A DNA stretch of 64,000 bases from Mobula hypostoma (taxonomy: Eukaryota). Positions 34,901 to 47,000 of the stretch are shown here, in pieces. Where the stretch lies: the NCBI RefSeq assembly GCF_963921235.1, contig NC_086108.1, forward strand, positions 1,054,001 to 1,118,000, read 5' to 3'. Below the pieces are notes generated by a model that was not told the DNA's origin, ran no database searches, and saw only the letters and a list, made by a program, of their open reading frames with translations. Each line of letters opens with the position of its first letter. Position 1 is the stretch's first letter. Position numbers and translations under genes: made by a program.

Positions 34901-37900
34901 TGCTGACGCTTTGCAATAGTTAACTGAGCTAAAGATGTTTTGTTGATAATTTTCATTTGTACTCAGTGTCTGAGGCTTCTTGCTTAAGCGTCCGACAATA
35001 ATCAGCCAGCATTGATGGATTCCAGTTGCCCTGAAACCGTTTCTCCATGACCGCAATGTCCTGGTGAAACCTCTCACCATGCTCATTACTGACAGCTCCA
35101 AGATTTACAGGGAAGAAATCTAAATGGGAATGTAGAGAATGAATCTTTTTGACATGTTGCACTTCATGGTTTTGTATGCTTGAAGCTTGTTGTCAACCAG
35201 CTGCATTTAGTTTGGTGCTCTGTAGTTGCCAAGAAAATTTTCAACAACATCCTTGAATGCCTTCCATGTGATTTTCTCTGGTCCCACAAGAAGTTCTTCA
35301 AATTGCCTGTCCTTGATGACCTGTTTGATTTGTGGATCAACAAAACTGCCTTCCCTAATCTTGTTTTCAGTTATTCTACCTTGAATTATGAATTGAAATA
35401 ACAATGTTGGTGATTTTTTTTAGAGAATGGTGCGTGATAGGGAAATTTCAGGGTGATTTTCATGATCAGCATCCCAAAATCCATCAGGTACACCCAAACG
35501 TATTCAGAAAGCAAAATCCTTGTTCTCCAATGAGGGAGACTTAGTTTTAATCAAAATTTTAATTGGAAGAAAGTCCAAATACTCACAGCTTGGACAGTCT
35601 ACCACTAGTCAACTCTTAAGACACACCTATCTCTCTACATTCTCTGATTCCCAGACTCCATGTCCTTCCTTGTGAGTGCTGACAATGGGTTCTTGTGCTG
35701 TTCCAAGCTTCTAAATGGAGCTAAGCTCTCTCAGCAGTGTGTGTGTGCTGCTTGGGCGTGTGAGTGTGTGTGAGCGTGTATATGTGTATGAGCATGTGTG
35801 TGAGTCTGTGTATGTGTGTACACAAGTGTGATTGTGTAAGTGTGCATGAGTGTGTAAGTGTGTGTGAGCATGTGTGCATGTATGTGATTGTGTGCGTGTG
35901 TGATTTATGAGTGTGTGAGTGTGTAAGCATATGTGATTGTGTAAGTGTGTGTGAGCATGTGTATGTGTGTGTGTGTGTATGTGTGTGTGGTATGTGTGTG
36001 ATTTATGGGTGTGTGTGAGTGTGTAAGCATATGTGAGTAGGTGTGTGTGAGCATATGTATGTGTGTGTGTGAGTGTGTGTGAGCGTATGTATGTGTGTGG
36101 TGTCTATAAGCATGTGTGTCTGGGTGTGTGTGTGTGTGAGTGTGTGTGTATGAGTGTGTATATGTGTGTGTGAGCATGTGATGGTGCTCGGTGCTCGGTG
36201 TCAGAGGGCTGGTCAGAGGCTCGAAGTTTTTGGACGGACTCAGAGTCAGACTGTGGTCGGGTGCTTACAGGATGCTGCATCGGCAAGCTTGCAGCGCTGG
36301 AGGTTCATGGCAGGGACAGTTTCTCCCTTCTACCATCAGCGTGAGATGTTGGGGCTATCAGGACTTTGAGACTTTTTTTTACCGTGCCCATGGTCTGCTC
36401 TTATCAAATTACGGTATTGCTTTGCACTGTTGTAACTGTATGTTATAATTATGTGGCTTTTGTCAGTTATAGTCTTGGTCTGTCTTGTGTTTCTGCGGTA
36501 TCATACTGGAGGAACATTGTACCATTTTTTAATGCATGCATTTCTAAATGACAATAAACGAGGACTGAGTGTCCTCATAATCTAATCTAATCTGTGTGTG
36601 TGTGTGAGTGTCTGTGTGTGTGTGATAGTGTGTGCGTGTGTAACTGTGTGTGAGTGTCTGTGTGTGTGTAACTGGGTGTGAGTGTCTGTGTGTGTGTGTA
36701 ACTGTGTGTGAGTGTCTGTGTGTGTGAGAGTGTGTGCGTGTGTAACTGTGTGTGAGTGTGTAACTGTGTGTGTGTGTGTGTGTAACTGTGTGTGAGTGAG
36801 AGTGTGTGCGTGTGTAACTGTGTGTGAGTGTGTAACTGTGTGTGTGTGTAACTGTGTGTGAGTGTCTGTGTGTGTGAGAGTATGTGCGTGTGTAACTGTG
36901 TGTGAGTATGTAACTGTGTGTAAGTGTGTGTGTGTGTGTGTAACTGTGTGTGAGTGTCTGTGTGTGTGTGTGTGTGTGTGTGTAACTGTGTGTGAGTGTC
37001 TGTGTGTGTGTGAGAGTGTGTGCCTGTGTAACTGTGTGTGAGTGTGTTTCCAGTCCTGATGAAGGGTCTTGACCTGAAACGTTAACTGTTTACTCTTTTC
37101 TATTGATCCTGCCTGGCCTGCTGAGTTCCTCCAGCATTTTGCTCCTAATCAAGGCTGGGCAACTCTCTCATACTGTTGTTGAGCTTGTTATGAAGCTGAT
37201 GGCTTGTAGTCCCGTTCAGCATTCTCAGAGATCCGCATAACATTCACTTTCTCCCAACCCCTCCCAGTCAGAGCAGACACTTTCTCCAGTTCTGGGAGGC
37301 TCTTCATCAGCTTGAAAGAGTTAGTCTCATGTGTCACTTGTACGTCAAACACAGTGAAATGAATTACTTGTGTCAACAACCAACACAGTCCGAGGATGTG
37401 CAAGTATCACCATGTTTCTGGCATCAACACAGCATGCCCACAACATACTAACCCTAACCTGCAAGTTTTTGGAATGTGGGAGTAAACTGGAAGCTCCCAA
37501 AGGGAACTTATGTAGTCACAGAGAGAATTCACAGTACATATGTATATCTAGGGTGTCTAAGACTTTTGCACAATACTGTATTTGTCAATGTGGAGTGAAC
37601 ACCATAAGACCATAAGATATGGAGCAGAAATAGGCCATTTGGGTCATCGAGTCTGCTCTGCCATTCAATCATAGGCTGATCCATTCCTTCCAGTCATCCC
37701 CACTTCCCTGCTTTCACCCCATACCCTCTGATGCCCTGGCTAATCAAGAACCTATCTATCTCTGCCTTAAATACATCCAATGACTTGGCCTCCACAGCTG
37801 CTTGTGGCAACAAATTCCACAGATTTACCACCCTCTGACCAAAGTAATTTCTCCGCATCTCAGTTCTAAATGGACGTCCTTCAATCCTGAAGTCGTGCCC

Positions 37901-40012
37901 TCTTGCCCTAGACTCCTCTACCATGGGAAATAACTTTGCCATATCTAATCTGTTCAGCCTTTTAACATTCGGAATGTCTCTATGAGATCCCCTCATTCTC
38001 CTGAACTCCAGGGAATACAGCCCAAGAGCTGCCAGACATTCCTCATACGGTAACCCTTTCATTCCTGGAAATCATTCTCGTGAATCTTCTCTGAACCCTC
38101 TCCAATATCAGTATATCCTTTCTAAAATAAGGAGCCCAAAACTGCACACAATACTTCAAGTGTGGTCTCACAAGTGCCTTATAGGGCCTCAACTTTACAT
38201 CTCTGCCCTTATATTCTATACCTCTAGAAATGAATACCAACATTGCATTCGCCTTCTTCACCACCAACTCAACCTGGAGGTTAACCTTTAGGGTATCCTG
38301 CACAAGGACTCCCACGTCCTTTTGTGTCTCTGCATTTTGAATTCTCTCCCCATCTAAATAATAGTCTGCCTGTTTATTTCTTCCACCAAAGTGTATGACC
38401 ATACACTTTCCAAAATTGTATTTCATTTGTCATTTCTTTGCCCATTCCCCTAAACTACCTAAGTCTCTCTGCAGGCTCTCTGTTTCCTCAACACTACCCG
38501 CCCCTGTATCATCAGCAAATTTAGCCACAAATCCATTAATTCCAAAGTCCAAATCATTGACATGCATCATAAAAAGCAGCAGTCCCAACACCGACCCCTG
38601 TGGAACTCCACTGGTAACCGGCAGCCAGCCAGAATAGGATCCCTTTATTCCCACTCTCTGTTTTCTGCCGATCAGCCAATGCTCCACCCATGCTAGTAAC
38701 TTCCCTGTAATTCCATGGGCTCTTATCTTGCTAAGCAGCCTCATGTGGGGCACTTTGTCAAAGGCCTTTTGAAATCCAAATACACCACGTCTACTACATC
38801 TCCTTTGTCTACCCTGCTTGTAATTTCCTCAAAAAATTGCAGTAGGTTTTGTCAGGCAAGATCTTCCTTTCAGGAAACCATGCTGGCTTTGGCCTATCTT
38901 GTCATGTGCCTCCAGGTACTCCGTAATCTCATCCCTAATAATCGATTCCAACAACTTCCCAACCACTGATGTCAGGCTAACAGGTCTATAGTTTCCTTTC
39001 TGCTGCCTCCCACCCTTCTTAAATAGTGGAGTAACATTTGCAATTTTCCAGTCATTCGGTACAATGCCAGAAGCTATCTATTCTTGAAAGATCATTGTTA
39101 ATGCCTCCGCAGTCTCTCCAGCTACTTTCTTCAGAACCTGAGGGTGCATTCCATCAGGTCCAGGAGATTTATCCACACTCAGACCATTAAGCTTCCTGAA
39201 CACTTTCTCACTCATAACTTTCACTGCACAAACTTCACTTCCCTGACACTCTTGAATGTCCAGTACACTGCAGATGTCTTCCACTGTGAAGACTGATGCA
39301 AAGTATGCATTCAGTTCCTCTGTCATCTCTGTGTCTCTCATTACAATATCTCCAGCATCATTTTCTATTGGTCCTATATCTAACCTCGACTCTCTTTTAT
39401 CCTTTATATACTCTAAAAAGCTTTTAGTATCTTCTTTGATATTTGTCGCCAGCTTCCTTTCATAATTCATCTTTTCCATCCTAATGACCTTCTTAGTTTC
39501 CTTCTGCAAGTTTTTAAAAGCTTCCCAATCCTCTACTTTCCCACTATCTTTGGCTTCCTTGTATGCCCTCTCTTTTGCTTTTACTTTGGCTCTGACTTCA
39601 CTTGTCAGCCACGGTAGAGTGAGTTTGTAAATGTGGAGGGAGCAAAGGATGTTGGAGCACCACAGGAGCGATGTGGGACAGATGGCAGAGAAGGAGTGTC
39701 TGGGCTGGTGCAGGTGCAGACACCCTGCCCTGAAGCACCAGGCAAGGCAATTTGGTTTATTGATCATTACAGAATGTCTCTCTGGTGCTTCCTGCTCCGT
39801 CCCCTTTCCCTTCCTCTTTTCCCAATCATGATTCCCCTCTCCCTGCTCCCTTCCCAGTCTCAGTCCACAATAGAGACCCATATCAGAATCAGGTTTATCA
39901 TCACTCACACATTATGAAATTTGTTATTTTTGTGGCAGCAATACAATGCAATGCATAACATTACTACAGTACTGTGCAAAAGTCTTAACTTCCCTAGCTA
40001 TATGTGTGTGTA

Positions 40013-40057
<45 letters not shown>

Positions 40058-41025
40058 CCACAGCCACAGATTCACTACTCGCTGGCTAAAAAAATCCCCT
40101 TTACCTCTGTTTTACAGGGTCGCCCCTCAAATTTGAGGCTGTACCCTCTAGTTCTGGATACTTCCACCATAGCAAACGTCCGCCCAATCTAGTCCTTTCA
40201 ACATTCGGTAGGTTTCAATGAGGTCCTCCGCATTCTTCTAAATTCCAGTGAGTACAGGCCCAGCATCATCCTGGTGAACCTCCTCTGGACTCTCTCCAAA
40301 GGCAACACATCCTTTCTGAGATATGGGCCCAAAACTGTTGACAATATTCCAAGTTCAGCTCATCATTATCTCCTTGTTTTTATCTTCTATTGTCCTTGAA
40401 GTAAATGCCAACATTGCGTTTGCCTTCTTTACCACACTCTCAACCGGTAGTTAACCTTAGAACACAGAACACATTACAGGCCCTTCGGCCCACAATGTAG
40501 TGCCGACCATGTAACCCACTCTAGGAACTGCCTAGAATTTCCCTACCGCATAGCCCTCTGTTTTTCTGGGAGTCTTGCAAGACGACTCCTAAGTCCCTCT
40601 TCACCTCTGATGTTTCAGCCTTCCCAGTGCCAGGGGGCAGGGGAACGGGGAGACAGCAGCTGATTAAAAGTGGCCCCACATGTTTTTGGGATATGGGAGG
40701 AAGGAAACTGGAGCACCCAGGGGAAACAAGGGGAGAGCATGTAAACTCCGCAGACACAGCTGGGTAGGATACGATGGTGAGGCAGCGAACTGCGCTATTC
40801 TGCTTCTCCCTCCTCCCCCTCTCTCCCTCCTCCCCTCTCTCTTCCTTTCTCTCTCACCCTCTCAGCCTCCCGCTCTCACTATTTCTCTCCCTCTCTGCCT
40901 CTCTTCCACTTTCTCTCTCCCCCACTTCTTCTCCTTCCGCTCTCTCTCACTCTCAGTTCGCTTTCTCCGTCCCTCTCGCCTCCCCCGGCTCTCGGTCTCA
41001 CCACGAGCCCACTGCATCCTGGGGC
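31947..41025 (+). repeat. 9.08-kb duplicated block, copy 2
   Basis: Starts ATGTAGTCCTATCT (=22667) and matches through CATCCTGGGGC (=31746). Confidence 0.97.
40799..40990. repeat. Polypyrimidine (CT-rich) low-complexity tract (duplicate 31520-31711)
   Basis: About 190 bp almost entirely C and T. Confidence 0.85.
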
Positions 41026-41065
41026 AGGGGTTGTCGGAATACGGGGCCGCAGCTGGAGGAGTGGG

Positions 41066-44000
41066 GGGTGTGGGTGTGGGTGTGGGTCTGGGTGTGGGAC
41101 GTGGGTGTGCGTGTGTGTGTGGGTGTGGGTGTGGGTGTGGGACGTGGGTGTGGGTGTGGGTGTGGGTGTGGGACGTGGGTGTGGGTGTGGGTGTGGGACG
41201 TGGGTGTGGGTGTGGGACGTGGGTGTGGGTGTGGGTGTGGGTGTGGGTGTGGGACGTGGGTGTGGGTGTGGGTGTGGGTGTGGGACGTGGGTCTAGGTGT
41301 GGGTGTGGGTGTGGGACGTGGGTGTGGGACGTGGGTCTAGGTGTGGGACGTGGGTGTGGGTGTGGGTGTGGGACGTGGGTGTGGGTGTGGGTGTGGGTGT
41401 GGGACGTGGGTGTGGGTGTGGGACGTGGGTGTAGGTGTGGGTGTGGGTGTGGGACGTGGGTGTGGGTGTGGGTGTGGGTGTGGGACGTGGGTCTAGGTGT
41501 GGGTGTGGGTGTGGGACGTGGGTGTGGGACGTGGGTCTAGGTGTGGGACGTGGGTGTGGGTGTGGGTGTGGGACGTGGGTGTGGGTGTGGGTGTGGGTGT
41601 GGGACGTGGGTGTGGGTGTGGGACGTGGGTGTAGGTGTGGGTGTGGGTGTGGGACATGGGTGTGGGTGTGGGTGTGGGTGTGGGTGTGGGTGTGGGACGT
41701 GGATGTGGGTGTGGTGTGGGTGTGGGACGTGGGTGTGGGACGTGGGTCTAGGTGTGGGACATGGGTGTGGGTGTGGGTGTGGGACGTGGGTGTGGGTGTG
41801 GGTGTGGGTGTGGGACGTGGGTGTGGGTGTGGGTGTGGGTGTGGGTGTGGGTGTGGGTGTGGGACGTGGATGTGGGTGTGGTGTGGGTGTGGGTGTGGGA
41901 CGTGGATGTGGGTGTGGTGTGGGTGTGGGACGTGGATGTGGGTGTGGTGTGGGTGTGGGTGTGGGACGTGGGTGTGGGTGTGGGACGTGGATGTGGGTGT
42001 GGTGTGGGTGTGGGTGTGGGTGTGGGTGTGGGTGTGGGACGTGGGTCTGGGTGTGGTTGTGGGTGTGGGTGTGGGTGTGGGACATGGGTCCAGGTGTGGG
42101 TGTGGGTGTGGGACGTGGGTGTGGGACGTGGGTGTGGGTGTGTGTGTGGGTGTGGGTGTGGGTGTGGGACGTGGGTGTGGGTGTTGGTGTGGGTGTGGGT
42201 GTGGGTGTGGGTGTGGGTGTGGGTGTGGGACGTGGGTGTGGGTGTGTGTGTGGGTGTGGGTGTGGGCCGTGGGTCTGGGTGCGGGTGTGGGTGTGGGGGT
42301 GGGACGTGGGTGTGGGTGTGGGTGTGGGTGTGGGTGTGGATGTGGGTGTAGGTGTGGGTGTGGGTCTGGGTGTGGGTGTGGGTGTGGGACGTGGGTCTAG
42401 GTGTGGGTGTGGGTGTGGGACATGGGTGTGGGACGTGAGTGTGGGTGTGTGTGTGGGTGTGGGACGTGGGTGTGGGTGTGTGTGTGGGTGTGGGTGTGGG
42501 ACGTGGGTCTGGGTGCGGGTGTGGGTGTGGGTGTGGGACGTGGGTGTGGGTGTGGGTGTGGGTGTGGGACGTGGGTGTGGGTGTGGGTGTGGGTGTGGGA
42601 CGTGTGTGTGGGTGTGGATGTGGGTGTAGGTGTGGGTGTGGGTCTGGGTGTGGGTGTGGGTGTGGGACGTGGGTCTAGGTGTGGGACGTGGGTGTGGGTT
42701 TGTGTGTGGGTGTGGGTGTGGGTGTGGGACGCGGGTGTGGGTGTGTGTGTGGGTGTGGGTGTGGGTGTGGGACGTGGGTGTGGGTGTGGGTGTGGACGTG
42801 GGTGTGGGTGTGGGACGTGGGTGTGGGTGTGGGTGTGGGTGTGGATGTGGGTGTGGGACGTGGGTGTGGGTGTGGGAGGTGGGTGTGGGTGTGGGTGTGG
42901 GCCTTGGGTGTGGGTGTGGGTGTGGGTGTGGGTGTGGGACGTGGGTGTGGGTGTGGGTGTGGGTGTGGGACGTGGGTGTGGGTGTGTGTGTGGGTGTGGG
43001 TGTGGGTGTGGGACGTGGGTGTGGGTGTGTGTGTGGGTGTGGGTGTGGGTGTGGGACGTGGGTGTGGGTGTGGGACGTGGGTGTGGGTGTGTGTGTGGGT
43101 GTGGGTGTGGGTGTGGGACGTGGGTGTGGGTGTGTCTGTGGGTGTAGGTGTGGGACGTGGGTGTGGGTGTGGGTGTGGGTGTGGGTGTGGGACGTGGGTG
43201 TGGGTGTGTGTGTGGGTGTGGGTGTGGGTGTGGGACGTGGGTGTGGGTGTGTCTGTGGGTGTAGGTGTGGGTGTGGGTGTGGGTGTGGGTGTGGGTGTAG
43301 GTGTGGGTGTGGGTCTGGGTGTGGGTGTGGGTGTGGGTGTGGGTGTGGGACATGGGTCTAGGTGTGGGTGTGGGTGTGGGACGTGGGTGTGGGACATGGG
43401 TCTAAGTGTGGGACGTGGGTGTGGGTGTGGGTGTGGGTGTGGGTGTGGGTGTGGGACGTGGGTGTGGGTGTGGGTGTGGGACGTGGGTGTGGCTGTGGGA
43501 CGTGGGTGTGGGACGTGGGTGTGGGTGTGGGTTTGGGACGTGGGTGTGGGTGTGGGTGTGGGTGTGGGACGTGGGTGTGGGTGTGGGTGTGGGTGTGGGT
43601 GTGGGACGTGGGTGTGGGTGTGTGTGTGGGTGTGGGTGTGGGACGTGGGTGTGGGACGTGGGTCTAGGTGTGGGACATGGGTGTGGGTGTGTGTGTGGGT
43701 GTGGGTGTGTGTGTGGGTGTGGGTGTGGGACGTGGGTGTGTGTGTGGGTGTGGGTGTGGGTGTGGGTGTGGGTGTGGGATGTGGGTCTGGGTGTGGGTGT
43801 GGGACGTGGGTGTGGGTGTGGGTCTGGGTGTGGGTGTGGGTGTGGGACGTGGGTGTGGGTGTGGGACGTGTGTGTGGGTGTGGGTGTGGGTGTGTGTGTG
43901 GGTGTGGGTGTGGGTGTGGGTGTGGGACGTGGGTGTGGGTGTGGGACTTGGGTGTGGGTGTGTGTGTGGGTGTGGGTGTGGGTGTGGGACGTGGGTGTGG

Positions 44001-47000
44001 GTGTGGATGTGGGTGTGGGACGTGGGTGTGGGTGTGGGACGTGGGTGTCGGTGTGGGTGTGGGTGTGGGACATGGGTGTGGGTGTGGGTGTGGGTGTGGG
44101 TGTGGGTGTGGGACGTGGGTGTGGGTGTGGGTGTGGGTGTGGGACGTGGGTGTGGGACGTGGGTCTAGGTGTGGGACGTGGGTGTGGGTGTGGGTGTGGG
44201 ACGTGGGTGTGGGAGTGGGTGCGGGTGTGGGACGTGGGTGTGGGTGTGGGACGTGGGTGTAGGTGTGGGTGTGGGTGTGGGACGTGGGTGTGGGTGTGGG
44301 TGTGGGTGTGGGTGTGGGTGTGGGACGTGGATGTGGGTGTTGTGTGGGTGTGGGTGTGGGACGTGGGTGTGGGTGTGGGTGTGGGTGTGGGACGTGGATG
44401 TGGGTGTGGTGTGGGTGTGGGTGTGGGACGTGGGTGTGGGTGTGGGACGTGGATGTGGGTGTGGTGTGGGTGTGGGTGTGGGTGTGGGTGTGGGACGTGG
44501 GTCTGGGTGTCGTTGTGGGTGTGGGTGTGGGTGTGGGACGTGGGTCCAGGTGTGGGTGTGGGTGTGGGACGTGGGTGTGGGTGTGGGTGTGGGTGTGTGT
44601 GTGGGTATGGGTGTGGGTGTGGGACGTGGGTGTGGGTGTTGGTGTGGGTGTGGGTGTGGGTGTGGGTCTGGGTGTGGGTGTGGGACGTGGGTGTGGGTGT
44701 GGGTGTGGGTGTGGGTGTGGGTGTGGGACGTGGGTGTGGGTGTGGGACGTGTGTGTGGGTGTGGGTGTGGGTGTGTGTGTGGGTGTGGGTGTGGGTGTGG
44801 GTGTGGGACGTGGGTGTGGGTGTGGGACTTGGGTGTGGGTGTGTGTGTGGGTGTGGGTGTGGGTGTGGGACGTGGGTGTGGGTGTGGATGTGGGTGTGGG
44901 ACGTGGGTGTGGGTGTGGGACGTGGGTGTCGGTGTGGGTGTGGGTGTGGGACATGGGTGTGGGTGTGGGTGTGGGTGTGGGTGTGGGTGTGGGACGTGGG
45001 TGTGGGTGTGGGTGTGGGTGTGGGACGTGGGTGTGGGACGTGGGTCTAGGTGTGGGACGTGGGTGTGGGTGTGGGTGTGGGACGTGGGTGTGGGAGTGGG
45101 TGCGGGTGTGGGACGTGGGTGTGGGTGTGGGACGTGGGTGTAGGTGTGGGTGTGGGTGTGGGACGTGGGTGTGGGTGTGGGTGTGGGTGTGGGTGTGGGT
45201 GTGGGACGTGGATGTGGGTGTTGTGTGGGTGTGGGTGTGGGACGTGGGTGTGGGTGTGGGTATGGGTGTGGGACGTGGATGTGGGTGTGGTGTGGGTGTG
45301 GGTGTGGGTGTGGGACGTGGGTGTGGGTGTGGGACGTGGATGTGGGTGTGGTGTGGGTGTGGGTGTGGGTGTGGGTGTGGGACGTGGGTCTGGGTGTCGT
45401 TGTGGGTGTGGGTGTGGGTGTGGGACATGGGTCCAGGTGTGGGTGTGGGTGTGGGACGTGGGTGTGGGACGTGGGTGTGGGTGTGTGTGTGGGTATGGGT
45501 GTGGGTGTGGGACGTGGGTGTGGGTGTTGGTGTGGGTGTGGGTGTGGGTGTGGGTGTGGGTGTGGGTGTGGGACGTGGGTGTGGGTGTGGGTGTGGGTGT
45601 GGGAAGTGGGTGTGGGTGTGGGGTGCGGGTGTGGGTGTGGGTGTGGGACGTGGGTGTGGGTGTGGGTGTGGGTGTGGGACATGGGTCTGGGTGCGGGTGT
45701 GGGTGTGGGTGTGCGTGTGGGTGTGGGTGTGGGTGTGGGTGTGTGTGTGGGTGTGGGTGTGGGTGTGGGACGTGGGTGTGGGTGTGTGTGTGGGTGTAGG
45801 TGTGGGTGTGGGACGTGGGTGTGGGTGTGGGTGTGGGTGTGGGTGTGGGACGTGGGTGTGGGTGTGGGTGTGGGACGTGGGTGTGGGACGTGAGTCTAGG
45901 TGTGGGACGTGGGTGTGTGTGTGGGACGTGGGTGTGGGTGTGGGTGTGGGTGTGGGACGTGGGTGTGGGTGTGGGTGTGGGTGTGGGTGTGGGTGTGGGA
46001 CGTGGGTGTGGGTGTGGGTGTGGGTGTGGGACGTGGGTGTGGGTGTGGGTCTGGGTGTGGGTGTGGGTGTGTGTGTGGGACCTGGATGTGGGTGTGGTGT
46101 GGGTGTGGGTGTGGTACGTGGGTGTGGATGTGGGTGTGATTGTGGGTGTGGTGTGGGTGTGGGTGTGGGACGTGGATGTGGGTGTGGTGTGGGTGAGGGT
46201 GTGGGACGCGGGTGTGGGTGTGGGTGTGGGTGTGGGTGTGCTGCGGGTGTGGGTGTTGGTGTGTGTGTGGGTGTGGGTGTGGGTGCGGAACGTGGGTGTG
46301 GGTGTGGCTGTGGGTGTGGGACGTGGGTGTGGGTGTGTGTGTGGGTGTGGGTGTGGGTGTGTGACGTGGGTGTGGGTGTGGGTGTGGGTGTGGGTGTGGG
46401 TGTGGGTGTGGGACGTGGGTGTGGGTGTGGGTGTGGGTGTGGGTGTGGGTGTGGGACGTGGGTGTGGGTGTGTGTGTGGGTGTGGGTGTGGGTGTGGGAC
46501 GTGGGTGTGTGTGTGGGTGTGGGACGTGGGTCTAGGTGTGGGACGTGGGTGTGGGTGTGTGTGTGTGTGTGTGGGTGTGTGTGTGGGTGTGGGTGTGGGT
46601 GTGGGACGTGGGTGTGGGTGTGTGTGTGGGTGTGGGTGTGGGTGTGGGACGTGGGTGTGTGTGTGGGTGTGGGACGTGGGTCTAGGTGTGGGACGTGGGT
46701 GTGGGTGTGTGTGTGTGTGTGTGTGGGTGTGTGTGTGGGTGTGGGTGTGGGTGTGGGACGCGGGTGTGTGTGTGGGTGTGGGACGTGGTTCCAGGTGTGG
46801 GACGTGGGTGTGGGTGTGGGTGTGGGTGTGTGTGTGTGTGTGTGGGTGTGTGTGTGGGTTTGGGTGTGGGTGTGGGACGTGGGTGTGTGTGTGGGTGTGG
46901 GACGTGGGTCTAGGTGTGGGACGTGGGTGTGGGTGTGGGTGTGGGTGTGGGTGTGTGTGTGGATGTGGGTGTGGTGTGGGTGTGGGTGTGGGACGTGGGT

